Below, piece by piece: positions 20,977 to 32,789 of a stretch of 57,346 nucleotides of DNA; within the stretch, counting starts at the first letter, position 1; each line of letters starts with the position of its first letter. The DNA is from a virus (lineage: Duplodnaviria > Heunggongvirae > Uroviricota > Caudoviricetes), in the IMG/VR virus record IMGVR_UViG_2597490083_000002; one strand, given 5' to 3'. The position numbers and the translations under genes are program-made. Under the pieces are notes generated by a model. That model had not been told where the DNA came from. It did not search any database and worked only from the letters and a program-made list of their open reading frames with translations.

Positions 20977-22801
20977 ATGAGGCCAAGTGAACTTAGCGAC
21001 CTGCTTTGGGCGCAGGTTGACAGGGTGGCTCCGCACCTGTTGCCAAACGGCAAGATAGAGGGGCATGAGTGGGTTGCCGGTAACGTCAACGGTGACAAGG
21101 GAAACAGCCTTAAGGTCAACCTTATCGGCAAGAAAAAATGGGCTGATTTCGCTGAGGGAGACGGCGGTGACATGCTTGATTTGTGGATGGCATGTCGTGG
21201 AATTAACCTGCATCAGGCTATGCAGGAAGCGAAAGCATTTCTCGGTATCAAGGATGACGATCACCATTTCGATGCCAGACGTGAGAAGAAATTCTCCAGA
21301 CCTGATCGTAAGAAAATCGCCCGCTACGTTACCAGAACAGAATCCCATCTTGAGTACCTGCAATCGCGTGGCATATCGCCAGAAGTCGTAAAGCGCTACG
21401 AGGTTGTCAGCGGCAAGGTGTGGAATGGAGAACGAGAACTGGATGCTCTGGTGCTTCCGTACAAACGCGATGGTGAGTTGTTGCAGGTCAAGCGAATCAG
21501 CACTGAGCGCCCGGACGGGAAGAAAGTCATTATGGCAGAAGGTGATTGCGAACCTTGCCTGTTCGGATGGCAGGCTCTGGACGCTGGCGTGAGGGTGGTT
21601 GTGCTTTGCGAAGGCGAAATTGATTGTATGAGCTATGCGCAATACGGCATCTCGGCGTTATCCGTGCCGTTTGGTGGCGGGAAAGGCGCTAAGCAACAGT
21701 GGATTGAGTTTGAGTATCACAACCTCGACAGGTTTGAGGAAATATTCATCTCGATGGACGTTGATGATGTTGGTCGTGAAGCCGCAAGGGAAATCGTAAG
21801 CCGACTCGGTGAACATCGTTGCCGTCTTGTTACTCTGCCGTACAAAGACATCAACGAATGCCTGATGAACGGTGTTACCGAGGATGAAATCTGGCAGTAC
21901 ATCGGCACGGCATCCTACTTCGATCCTGAAGAACTCTACAGTGCGCGAGAGTTTTACCAGGACACTATCAACGCTTTCTACGGCAAGCAGCAGTATCTGT
22001 TTAATCCACCGTGGGAATCTCTGGCAGATAAATTCCAGTTCCGTGAGGCAGAGTTGACGCTGGTCAATGGTGTGCACGGTCACGGAAAGGCATGCCCACT
22101 GAATGAGCCTATTCTTTTAGCTGATGGGACATGGACTACTCACGGGAATGTAAAAATTGGCGATCAGGTGGCGTCAGTAGACGGCAATCCGTCAACTGTC
22201 ACTGGGATATTCCCGCAGGGTGTTAGAGATGTTTACCGAGTCACATTTGAAGATGGTCGTTATGTTGATTGCGCAGGCGATCACCTATGGGAGGTCACTA
22301 GTCGTGGATTCACGAAAGGCGAGAAACGCCGCGTGATAGATACCTTCGGGTTGAAGCGGTTGAGTGAAACGAAGAGGCACAAAAATGGCGTTAGGATTCC
22401 TGAAATAACTGGTGACTTTGGCGACCACTCAGAGCCATTAGCATGGGTTATCGGCTCCCTTCTCGGGGATGGTAGTCTTAGCAATGGGAGCGTGAAGTTT
22501 TCAAACGTCGAGCCATACATGATCGAGCGTATGAAGGCTGAACTGCCTGATTACAACTTCTCTGGAGATGGTAAGGACTGGCTGATATCAACGGCGCGTG
22601 GTCAGGTAAATCCACTCATGGAGACCCTGCGAGGTTATGGACTAATGGGGTGCACAGCAAAAAACAAATTCATCCCTCGTGTGTTTTTTTCCGCAAATAA
22701 ATCAACGCGTATAGGCATGCTGTGTGGTCTGCTTGAAACGGATGGGTATGTCGAGAAGGATGGAACGCTTGTTTTTTCCTCAGCAAGTGAAGAACTGCGC
22801 A
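20977..22801 (+). pseudogene. Phage toprim-type DNA primase / P-loop NTPase carrying an intein-like insertion; 3' end removed by IS911
   Basis: Toprim-like acidic motifs (VVVLCEGEIDCMSY, FISMDVDDVG); Walker-A-like GVHGHGK followed from Cys at 22093 by Hint-like and LAGLIDADG-like motifs; ORF continues into IS911 at 22802. Confidence 0.65.
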
Positions 22802-22810
22802 ATGAAGTGG

Positions 22811-23979
<1,169 letters not shown>

Positions 23980-24071
23980 TGGAGCACCTGTGTTGTTCTG
24001 AGGTGAGCATATCACCTCTGTTCAGGTGGCCAAATTCAGTGTGCCACTTCAGACATTCTGAGGTGACAGCG

Positions 24072-24950
24072 ATGATGACGTTTAACCTGCGTGAACAACA
24101 AAAAAGACTACAGGCGCGAATGGATGAGTTACGGGCAGAGATTGCATTTGCTCAGAAGGGCGAAAAGCCATGGCCTTATCGTTCCTGCCTGATGCGTGAA
24201 GGTCGCGGATATTGCGAAAAACATGGCGAATATCACACGCATATACTGGTGTGGAGCGATCGTAATGGCGAGGACAGAGAAGAAATTTCATGCTGCCCTG
24301 ACTGCTTAATCGCTGAGGCCAACGATTTGACCATGGAGCTGTCGTCCATCAAGGCGGAAGAGCTGACTGATAACGCCGGAATTGCCCTGCGTTTTCGGGA
24401 CTGCGAGTTTGATAATTATCTGGAGGTTAATCCTGGCGCAGCCAGAAATCTTGCGGCCTGTCGCCGCTATGCGGAGAACTGGCCAGATATGCTGGAGAAC
24501 GGTACCAGTCTTGTTATGACCGGCAGTTGTGGTACCGGAAAAAATCATCTGGCTGTGGCTATGGCAAAACACATCATCCGTAACTATCTGGCCAGTGTGG
24601 AGATCACCGACGTGATGCGCCTTACCCGTGCTGTGAAAAATTGCTGGCGGAATGACAGCGAAAAAACAGCGGATGAAGTTATTGAGCGTTATGCGTCAAT
24701 GGATTTGCTGATCATCGACGAAGTTGGCGTTCAGTTTGGCAGCGCGGCTGAAATGGCTATTTTGCAGGAAATTATCAACGCCAGGTACGAAAGTATCTTG
24801 CCCACCATTCTGATCAGTAACCTCTCACCGGAAGAGTTGTGGGCGTTCATCAGTCCCCGAATTGCCGACAGGATCACAGACGGGGGACGCAACTGGTTGT
24901 CGTTTAACTGGCCCAGTTACCGTTCTCGTATCAGAGGTGTGGCTGCATGA
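24072..24950 (+). CDS. DnaC/IstB-like helicase-loader ATPase (phage replication protein)
   Basis: Walker A GSCGTGKNHLAVA, Walker B LLIIDEVG; starts MMTFNLREQQ just after IS911; overlaps next gene by 4 nt. Confidence 0.8.
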   Translation: MMTFNLREQQKRLQARMDELRAEIAFAQKGEKPWPYRSCLMREGRGYCEKHGEYHTHILVWSDRNGEDREEISCCPDCLIAEANDLTMELSSIKAEELTDNAGIALRFRDCEFDNYLEVNPGAARNLAACRRYAENWPDMLENGTSLVMTGSCGTGKNHLAVAMAKHIIRNYLASVEITDVMRLTRAVKNCWRNDSEKTADEVIERYASMDLLIIDEVGVQFGSAAEMAILQEIINARYESILPTILISNLSPEELWAFISPRIADRITDGGRNWLSFNWPSYRSRIRGVAA

Positions 24951-26338
24951 CAACTCCAGTATGGCGTAACGATGACCTTGAAGGCGCTGTCATCGGCGCG
25001 TTCTTTCTGCGCGGAGCAGATCCTGAAGTGATGGATATTCTGGCCACACTGCCAGCGGACGTTTTTTCTGTACGAGCGTATCAGGATATCTATACAGGCA
25101 TCTGCAGACAGGCCCGTGTTTCAGGAGTGATTGACCCCGTGCTGTTGTGTAATGAGATGCCGGAACTTGCCCCGGTGATTACTGATACCGGGCGTAAAAC
25201 CTGGGTGAAGTCTTCACTGGAGCACTATGTTGCAGCGTTGCGGCGCAATGCCGCACTGCGCGATGCAGAAAAAACACTGAATGAGGCGCTGCAGAAATTA
25301 CGTGATGCGCATACCTGTGAAGCAGCTGAAGATGCCCTGAAGGATGCGCAGAACATGATGGTCACACTGTCGACAGGAAAGGGCGTCATTCAGCCGGTAC
25401 ATATTGATGATGTGCTTCCGGAAGTGGTTGAGCGTGTTGAATGCCGGAATCAGGGGCTGGAGAAATCCAGGACGTTGATGACCGGTATTGATGAACTGGA
25501 CGCAAAAACAGGCGGTATGGAGCCCGGAGACCTGGTATTCATTGCCGCCCGTCCTTCGATGGGGAAAACCGAACTTGCGCTGGACATCATCGACAAGGTG
25601 ACTGAGCAGGGGCATGGTGTGCTTCTGTTCACCATGGAGATGGCGAACATCCAGATTGGTGAACGTATGGTGTCTGCGGCTGGAGGGATGCCAGTATCAC
25701 GCCTGAAATCTGTGGCTCACTTTGAAGATGAAGACTGGACGCGTTTCTCACAAGGGGTGGGGCGGATGACCGGGCGCAATATCTGGATGGTGGACCAGGC
25801 GAACCTGGCCATTGATGAGATATGCGCAACAACGAAACACCACCTGATTAAATATCCGGAAACGGCGCTGGTGGTGGTTGATTATCTCGGGCTGATAAAA
25901 ACCCGAACCACGGGGCGTCATGACCTTGCCGTGGGTGAAATCTCAAAGGGGCTTAAAGGCCTGGCAAAATCCGGTGGTTTTCCGTTGATTGCGCTGAGCC
26001 AGCTCTCCCGCGGTGTGGAGTCCAGACCCAATAAACGTCCCATGAACTCAGACCTGAAAAATTCCGGAGAAATAGAGGCGGATGCAGACATCATTCTGAT
26101 GCTTTACAGGGATGAAGTGTACAACCCGGATACGCAGGCCAGGGGCATCGCAGAAATCAATATCACGAAACAACGTAACGGTTCTCTGGGAACGATTTAC
26201 CGGCGTTTTTATAACGGACATTTTCTGCCTGTGGACCAGGAAAGTGCACGGGTGCTTTCCACTCCCATGAAGCCCGGCAATCCGCGCAGATACAGTAATA
26301 AACGAACTGACAGCAGTAAGATGGAGCGTTTCTTTTGA
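24947..26338 (+). CDS. DnaB-like replicative helicase (phage)
   Basis: 463 aa; Walker A AARPSMGKTE, RecA-fold motifs (VVVDYLGLI, LSQLSRGVE); no intein in this gene. Confidence 0.85.
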   Translation: MTTPVWRNDDLEGAVIGAFFLRGADPEVMDILATLPADVFSVRAYQDIYTGICRQARVSGVIDPVLLCNEMPELAPVITDTGRKTWVKSSLEHYVAALRRNAALRDAEKTLNEALQKLRDAHTCEAAEDALKDAQNMMVTLSTGKGVIQPVHIDDVLPEVVERVECRNQGLEKSRTLMTGIDELDAKTGGMEPGDLVFIAARPSMGKTELALDIIDKVTEQGHGVLLFTMEMANIQIGERMVSAAGGMPVSRLKSVAHFEDEDWTRFSQGVGRMTGRNIWMVDQANLAIDEICATTKHHLIKYPETALVVVDYLGLIKTRTTGRHDLAVGEISKGLKGLAKSGGFPLIALSQLSRGVESRPNKRPMNSDLKNSGEIEADADIILMLYRDEVYNPDTQARGIAEINITKQRNGSLGTIYRRFYNGHFLPVDQESARVLSTPMKPGNPRRYSNKRTDSSKMERFF

Positions 26339-26592
26339 ACAACCAGACAATGACTTTTACCCCTGAACAATTGCGTAAACACGCGCAGGAAATGCTGCGT
26401 CATGCTGAACAACTCGAAAAAACGGGCATAACAAAAGATGCTATCCGTAAAGATATGGTACCCGCGCTTCGGGAACTGATGCAGGCGAAGCATCGCGCAC
26501 AGAAAGCAGTAGATGAGCTGGTGGACTGTGTGGCAGAGCTGGAAACCAGAGTCGGAAAGTTTGAAAAACTGGTGCAGGAGGCGCTGCGCTGA
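26335..26592 (+). CDS. Hypothetical small helical phage protein
   Basis: 85-aa ORF overlapping dnaB-like stop by 4 nt; no recognised family. Confidence 0.4.
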   Translation: MNNQTMTFTPEQLRKHAQEMLRHAEQLEKTGITKDAIRKDMVPALRELMQAKHRAQKAVDELVDCVAELETRVGKFEKLVQEALR

Positions 26593-26683
26593 TGCGCCAT
26601 GAGTTTGTTTTGCCCTGGCTTGTGCGCGATCATTATGTCCCTGGTGGAAAGCCCGGGATAAAAATCACCGAACCGGAGAGTAT

Positions 26684-26887
26684 TTGATGAGCGTCAAAAT
26701 TCAAACGATACCGGAACTGCTTATCCAGACACGAGGTAATATGACCGAAGTTTCACGAATGCTGAACTGTAATCGCGCCACGGTAAGAAAATATGCTGAA
26801 GATAAAGAGGGCAAAGGGCACGCCATTGTTGATGGTGTTCTGATTGTTCATCGTGGATGGGACAGGGGTAAAGACAGTGATGCGTGA
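26684..26887 (+). CDS. ninH: NinH-like DNA-binding protein
   Basis: [57 protein letters not shown] resembles lambda NinH as I recall it; directly upstream of Q. Confidence 0.7.
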   Translation: MMSVKIQTIPELLIQTRGNMTEVSRMLNCNRATVRKYAEDKEGKGHAIVDGVLIVHRGWDRGKDSDA

Positions 26888-27260
26888 TATTCAGCAGGTT
26901 CTTGAGCGCTGGGGCGCGTGGGTGGCTAATAATCATGAGGATGTGACCTGGTCGTCCATTGCTGCCGGTTTTAAGGGATTAATCCCTTCAAAAGTAAAAT
27001 CCCGCCCGCAATGCTGTGACGATGACGCGATGGTTATATGTGGGTGTATGGCCCGCCTTAACCGGAACAACAACGATCTACATGACTTGCTGGTTGACTA
27101 CTACGTGTTTGGGATGACATTCATGACGCTGGCGCGGAAGCATGGATGCTCAGATGGTTATATAGGAAAGAAGCTACAAAAAGCCGAGGGGGTGGTGGAA
27201 GGAATGTTGATGATGTTGGGTGTCCGGTTAGAAATGGACAAATATATTGAACATCCCTGA
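26880..27260 (+). CDS. Q: Late-gene antiterminator Q
   Basis: [34 protein letters not shown]...[16 protein letters not shown] matches the Q family found in lambdoid prophages (quuD-type as I recall it); followed by terminator and tRNAs. Confidence 0.8.
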   Translation: MRDIQQVLERWGAWVANNHEDVTWSSIAAGFKGLIPSKVKSRPQCCDDDAMVICGCMARLNRNNNDLHDLLVDYYVFGMTFMTLARKHGCSDGYIGKKLQKAEGVVEGMLMMLGVRLEMDKYIEHP

Positions 27261-27346
27261 TGGTAAGGGGCGACTTTCTAGAAAATATTTTACGTACGTA
27301 AAAAACGGGATATTCTGTTAAGAGTGGTTGCTTCGCCACACAGCTT

Positions 27347-27371
27347 AAACCCGCCTCCGGGCGGGTTTTTT
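27347..27371 (+). terminator. tR'-like rho-independent terminator downstream of Q
   Basis: cccgcc-tccg-ggcggg followed by ttttttat. Confidence 0.55.
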
Positions 27372-27459
27372 ATGCCTGAAAAACGGTACAGGACGTTAAA
27401 CACGCTGGTGGTCAGATGAGTTTGCAGATGTGATGACATATGGTTATTATTCTGCCTCC

Positions 27460-27536
27460 GGCCCTTTAGCTCAGTTGGTCAGAGCGAGCGACTCATAATC
27501 GCCAGGTCGCTGGTTCAAGTCCAGCAAGGGCCACCA
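27460..27536 (+). tRNA. tRNA with CAU anticodon (Ile2/Met type)
   Basis: Identical to 18423..18499. Confidence 0.8.
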
Positions 27537-27537
27537 A

Positions 27538-27614
27538 CCACCACTAGCTCATCCGGATAGAGCATCAACCTTCTAAGTTGACGGTGCGAGGTTCGAGTCC
27601 TCGGTGGTGGGCCA
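27538..27614 (+). tRNA. tRNA-Arg (UCU)
   Basis: Identical to 18501..18577. Confidence 0.85.
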
Positions 27615-27616
27615 GC

Positions 27617-27692
<76 letters not shown>

Positions 27693-27695
27693 TAT

Positions 27696-27770
<75 letters not shown>

Positions 27771-28062
27771 GTCAGAGTCTTTCAGTCTGCGATGATGGGA
27801 AATCCCGGAGTGACTGAAAGACGTTTAAGTTATGAATGATCGCCTTTTTTTGCAAAATTGCTGTGCAGAAATACTAACCTTCGGGCGTGCGATCATTCAT
27901 AAGCACTCTGCTTTTATTCCGATTAACTGTGGGTGGTTTGTTGGATAGAGTGCTTTCCTTACTGTATATATCGTTTCGCCCGCTTTTGCGTTTTTTTCTT
28001 TTCAAATCCCTTTCATTTCTCAGTGTAAAACTACGCCATCCGTTATTTGCGGAGGTGAGGCT

Positions 28063-28278
28063 ATGAAATCCATGGACAAAATTTCAACGGGCATTGCCTA
28101 CGGCACCTCCGCCGGCAGTGCCGGCTACTGGTTTTTGCAGTGGTTGGATCAGGTCAGGCCATCACAGTGGGCTGCGATTGGTGTGCTGGGAAGTCTGCTT
28201 CTGGGGCTTCTGACTTATCTGACGAATCTGTATTTCAAAATAAGAGAAGACAAGCGTAAGGCTGCACGGGGAGAGTAA
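28063..28278 (+). CDS. Holin (lambdoid S-position)
   Basis: 71 aa, hydrophobic core [22 protein letters not shown], basic C-terminus [13 protein letters not shown]; first late gene after tRNAs. Confidence 0.85.
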   Translation: MKSMDKISTGIAYGTSAGSAGYWFLQWLDQVRPSQWAAIGVLGSLLLGLLTYLTNLYFKIREDKRKAARGE

Positions 28279-28281
28279 ATA

Positions 28282-28911
28282 ATGAAGCATGAAGAAATGA
28301 ATCAGCGATTCAATCACCTGGAAAATGAAATCACTGAGCTTAATAAAAAATTGTCGGCGTTGGTGAGTTCTGAAGATGAAAACAAACGCCGCGATGAGCA
28401 TTATGCGGCGATTTACGATTACTGCCACAAAGTCGCTCACGAGACTTTTATGAAGTTTTTGCAGGAAAAGTTTTTACCGGCCGCATTGTCAGAAAAAGAG
28501 GCGGCTTACCTGCGGCCTGAGTACGTCATTACGGTTAACAGTGCCGGAGAGGAAGAGCATAAAAGTGATTTTATTGCGTCTGCACCGGATAAAGACCAGG
28601 AACCCCATCGGCCTTTCAGGGTTTCCTGTGAAGAGGGTGAGTTCGTCGTTTATGAGAACGGAAAACCTGTCCGGGCATCGCATCATCACTGCCTGAAAAT
28701 TATTAATCTCGCTATCAGATGCCTGAAAGACGAAAACACCAGAGTTATGAAACGCATTGGCCGTTGCATGGGGTATTTGCAGGTGGCGGCAGAGATTGAA
28801 GCACTTGCCAGTGGTGCAGACATGGATGCTGCGGTGCGGGAGGCTCTTCTTCGTGATTTCAATACTCCCCCTTTAAGAAAGAGCCTGATGACTGGATCCA
28901 GCCGGGGCTGA
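28282..28911 (+). CDS. Hypothetical acidic protein inserted between holin and endolysin
   Basis: 209-aa ORF starting 4 nt after holin stop; no recognised family; N-terminal predicted coiled coil, His/Cys-containing central region. Confidence 0.5.
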   Translation: MKHEEMNQRFNHLENEITELNKKLSALVSSEDENKRRDEHYAAIYDYCHKVAHETFMKFLQEKFLPAALSEKEAAYLRPEYVITVNSAGEEEHKSDFIASAPDKDQEPHRPFRVSCEEGEFVVYENGKPVRASHHHCLKIINLAIRCLKDENTRVMKRIGRCMGYLQVAAEIEALASGADMDAAVREALLRDFNTPPLRKSLMTGSSRG

Positions 28912-28976
28912 CTTATCTTAAAAGGCGTATATAAGTTGGCTCGTTATTTGTTGCCGATAAATCCTGATAAATATCC

Positions 28977-29510
28977 ATGAGCGCAAAAATCAAATACGGC
29001 CTGTCGGCTGCTGTTCTGGCGCTGATTGCCGCAGGCGCGTCTGCTCCCCAGATACTTGACCAGTTTCTGAACGAAAAAGAGGGTAATCACACAACGGCAT
29101 ACCGTGATGGTTCTGGCATATGGACCATCTGTCGTGGTGCCACAATGGTGGATGGTAAGCCTGTCATACCGGGAATGAAGCTGTCGAAGGAAAAATGTGA
29201 CCAGGTTAACGCTATTGAACGTGATAAGGCGCTGGCATGGGTGGAGCGCAATATTAAAGTACCTCTGACCGAACCCCAGAAAGCGGGTATAGCGTCATTT
29301 TGCCCCTATAACATTGGCCCCGGTAAGTGTTTCCCGTCGACGTTTTATAAGCGGCTGAATGCCGGTGATCGTAAGGGCGCATGCGAGGCGATTCGCTGGT
29401 GGATAAAAGATGTTGGGCGCGATTGCCGCATACGTTCAAATAACTGCTATGGACAGGTTATTCGTCGTGACCAGGAAAGCGCATTAGCCTGTTGGGGGAT
29501 AGATCAATGA
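28977..29510 (+). CDS. Endolysin (lysozyme with N-terminal signal-anchor-release segment)
   Basis: 177 aa; hydrophobic N-terminus [16 protein letters not shown] then lysozyme catalytic region [22 protein letters not shown]. Confidence 0.85.
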   Translation: MSAKIKYGLSAAVLALIAAGASAPQILDQFLNEKEGNHTTAYRDGSGIWTICRGATMVDGKPVIPGMKLSKEKCDQVNAIERDKALAWVERNIKVPLTEPQKAGIASFCPYNIGPGKCFPSTFYKRLNAGDRKGACEAIRWWIKDVGRDCRIRSNNCYGQVIRRDQESALACWGIDQ

Positions 29511-29908
29511 GCAGAGTCACCGCGATTATCTCCGCTCTGGTTATCTGCATCATCGTCTGCCTGTCATGGGCTGTTAATCATTACCGTGATAACGCCATTA
29601 CCTACAAAGAGCAGCGCGACAAAAACGCCGGAGAACTGAAGCTGGCGAACGCAACCATTACTGACATGCAGCAGCGCCAGCGTGATGCTGATGCACTCGA
29701 TGCTAAATACACGAAGGAGTTAGCTGATGCGAAAGCTGAAAATGATGCTCTTCGGCGCAAGCTTGATAATGGTGGTCGGGTGCTCGTCAAAGGAAAATGC
29801 CCTGTGCCATCCTCAGCCGAAACCTCCAGCGCCTCCGGCATGGGCAATGATGCCACCGTCGAACTCTCTCCAGTTGCTGGACGAAACGTTCTCGGTATCC
29901 GGGACGGG
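29507..29908 (+). pseudogene. Rz i-spanin, last ~22 codons replaced by IS600
   Basis: ORF 29492..29911 ends ...VLGIRDG then TGA supplied by the IS600 terminus; the other Rz fragment at 16296 shows the missing tail. Confidence 0.8.
29727..29908 (+). pseudogene. Rz1 o-spanin lipoprotein (embedded in Rz), C-terminus altered by IS600
   Basis: [22 protein letters not shown] lipobox, PQPKPPAPP tract; ends ...SGTGEVA* inside IS600. Confidence 0.65.
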
Positions 29909-29972
29909 TGAGGTAGCCTGAGTTTAACGGACACTCCTTCCTGAAATAGAATGGCATCAGAAGGAGCTAATA

Positions 29973-30275
29973 ATGAGCAGAAAAACCCAACGTTACTCTA
30001 AAGAGTTCAAAGCCGAAGCTGTCAGAACGGTTCTTGAAAATCAACTTTCGATCAGTGAAGGCGCTTCCCGATTATCTCTTCCTGAAGGCACTTTAGGACA
30101 ATGGGTTACCGCCGCCAGAAAAGGGCTCGGTACTCCTGGTTCCCGCACGGTGGCTGAACTGGAATCTGAAATTCTGCAACTGCGTAAGGCGTTAAATGAA
30201 GCTCGCCTTGAGCGAGATATATTAAAAAAAGCAACAGCGTATTTTGCACAGGAGTCGCTGAAAAATACGCGTTAA
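29973..30275 (+). CDS. IS600 OrfA
   Basis: Identical 100-aa ORF. Confidence 0.9.
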   Translation: MSRKTQRYSKEFKAEAVRTVLENQLSISEGASRLSLPEGTLGQWVTAARKGLGTPGSRTVAELESEILQLRKALNEARLERDILKKATAYFAQESLKNTR

Positions 30276-30325
30276 TCGAACAATGAACCGCCCCGGGTTT
30301 CCTGGAGAGTGTTTTATCTGTGAAC

Positions 30326-31208
<883 letters not shown>

Positions 31209-31212
<4 letters not shown>

Positions 31213-31535
31213 TTTTTCCAGAGGCGGTCGAACTCCGCCTTCGCAAAATAAGCGGAAGCCTGGCGAAGGATATCGTTACTGCGGCGCAGTTCACGATTTT
31301 CACGCTCCGGCTCTTTCAGACGCTGACGTTCAGCGGTGGTGAGCCCTCCATCACCGCCCCCGGTATCCCGCTCATGCTGGCGAACCCAGACACGCAGAGT
31401 CTCCGGCGTACAGCCAATCTTTGGAGCAATGGAACAAATTGTCGCCCATTGTGAGTCATATTCGCCCTGACTTTCCAGAACCATACGGACTGCCCGTTGA
31501 CGGACTTCGGGGGAAAAACGAGTATTTTTAGTCAT
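31209..31535 (-). CDS. IS629 OrfA
   Basis: [42 protein letters not shown]... 108 aa. Confidence 0.85.
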
Positions 31536-31619
31536 CCTGTTTACCTCTTTCTCAGGAAGTTTAGTCTCCAGGATTCCCGGGGCGGTTCACAATGGCGACA
31601 ACAATTTCCCATTGAAGCG

Positions 31620-32438
31620 ATGTGTCAGGTATTTGGTGTATCCAGGAGCGGTTATTACAACTGGGTACAGCATGAACCCTCAGACAGAAAACAAAGTGAT
31701 GAGCGGCTAAAACTGGAGATTAAGGTGGCACATATCCGCACTCGCGAAACATATGGAACCCGGCGGCTCCAGACGGAGCTGGCAGAGAATGGCATCATCG
31801 TTGGTCGTGACCGACTGGCACGTCTTCGTAAGGAGCTGAGGCTACGCTGTAAGCAGAAACGCAAGTTCAGAGCGACTACGAACCCGAACCACAATCTGCC
31901 AGTTGCGCCAAATCTGCTGAACCAGACGTTCGCTCCTACAGCACCAAATCAGGTCTGGGTGGCGGACCTGACGTATGTTGCCACACAGGAGGGATGGTTG
32001 TACCTCGCTGGCATCAAAGATGTTTATACGTGCGAAATTGTCGGCTACGCCATGGGAGAGCGCATGACAAAAGAGCTGACAGGTAAAGCCCTGTTTATGG
32101 CGCTCAGGAGCCAGCGCCCACCTGCCGGGCTAATCCACCACTCTGATCGAGGTTCACAGTACTGCGCATACGATTACCGGGTCATACAGGAGCAGTCTGG
32201 TCTGAAAACATCAATGTCGCGTAAAGGTAACTGTTACGACAACGCTCCGATGGAAAGCTTCTGGGGAACGCTGAAAAATGAGAGCCTGAGCCACTATCGT
32301 TTTAATAACCGGGATGAAGCCATCTCAGTAATACGGGAATACATTGAGATTTTCTACAATCGTCAGCGTCGTCACTCTCGTCTGGGGAATATCTCCCCGG
32401 CAGCCTTCAGGGAAAAATATCATCAGATGGCTGCTTAA
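31620..32438 (+). CDS. IS600 OrfB
   Basis: Identical 272-aa ORF; the upstream extension in ORF 31497..32438 is IS629 end sequence. Confidence 0.85.
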   Translation: MCQVFGVSRSGYYNWVQHEPSDRKQSDERLKLEIKVAHIRTRETYGTRRLQTELAENGIIVGRDRLARLRKELRLRCKQKRKFRATTNPNHNLPVAPNLLNQTFAPTAPNQVWVADLTYVATQEGWLYLAGIKDVYTCEIVGYAMGERMTKELTGKALFMALRSQRPPAGLIHHSDRGSQYCAYDYRVIQEQSGLKTSMSRKGNCYDNAPMESFWGTLKNESLSHYRFNNRDEAISVIREYIEIFYNRQRRHSRLGNISPAAFREKYHQMAA

Positions 32439-32481
32439 AAAAAGAACAAATGGTAGTGTCCGCTATTGCCAGTACACCTCA

Positions 32482-32789
32482 AACTACTCATTGCCAGATG
32501 GGAACTGACCGCAGAACAGGCTGTCGCACAGCAGTTAAAAAATCAGGTGTCAAAAGGAAATCTTATCGATACCGGATTTTGTATTTTTGCCCTTAGTAAG
32601 CTGGCGATGGCTTTATCCAGTACGCTTGACTCCATTCCTTTGTCCATGCAACGACAGTTCCCGGATTTAACGCCGCGTCATATTGATCATCTGAAAATCC
32701 TTATTGCTAAGGGAGCGAATCAGTGCGCGCGTGCGGGGGATAAATTACCGGATTTACTCGATGAATATATCAGAACAACAACTGAGTAA
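32482..32789 (+). pseudogene. nu1: Lambda-type terminase small subunit Nu1, C-terminal fragment only
   Basis: GFCIFALSKLAMALSSTLDSIPLSMQRQFPDLTPRHIDHL...DLLDEYI aligns with the C-terminal half of lambda Nu1; N-terminal DNA-binding half and cos are absent. Confidence 0.75.
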
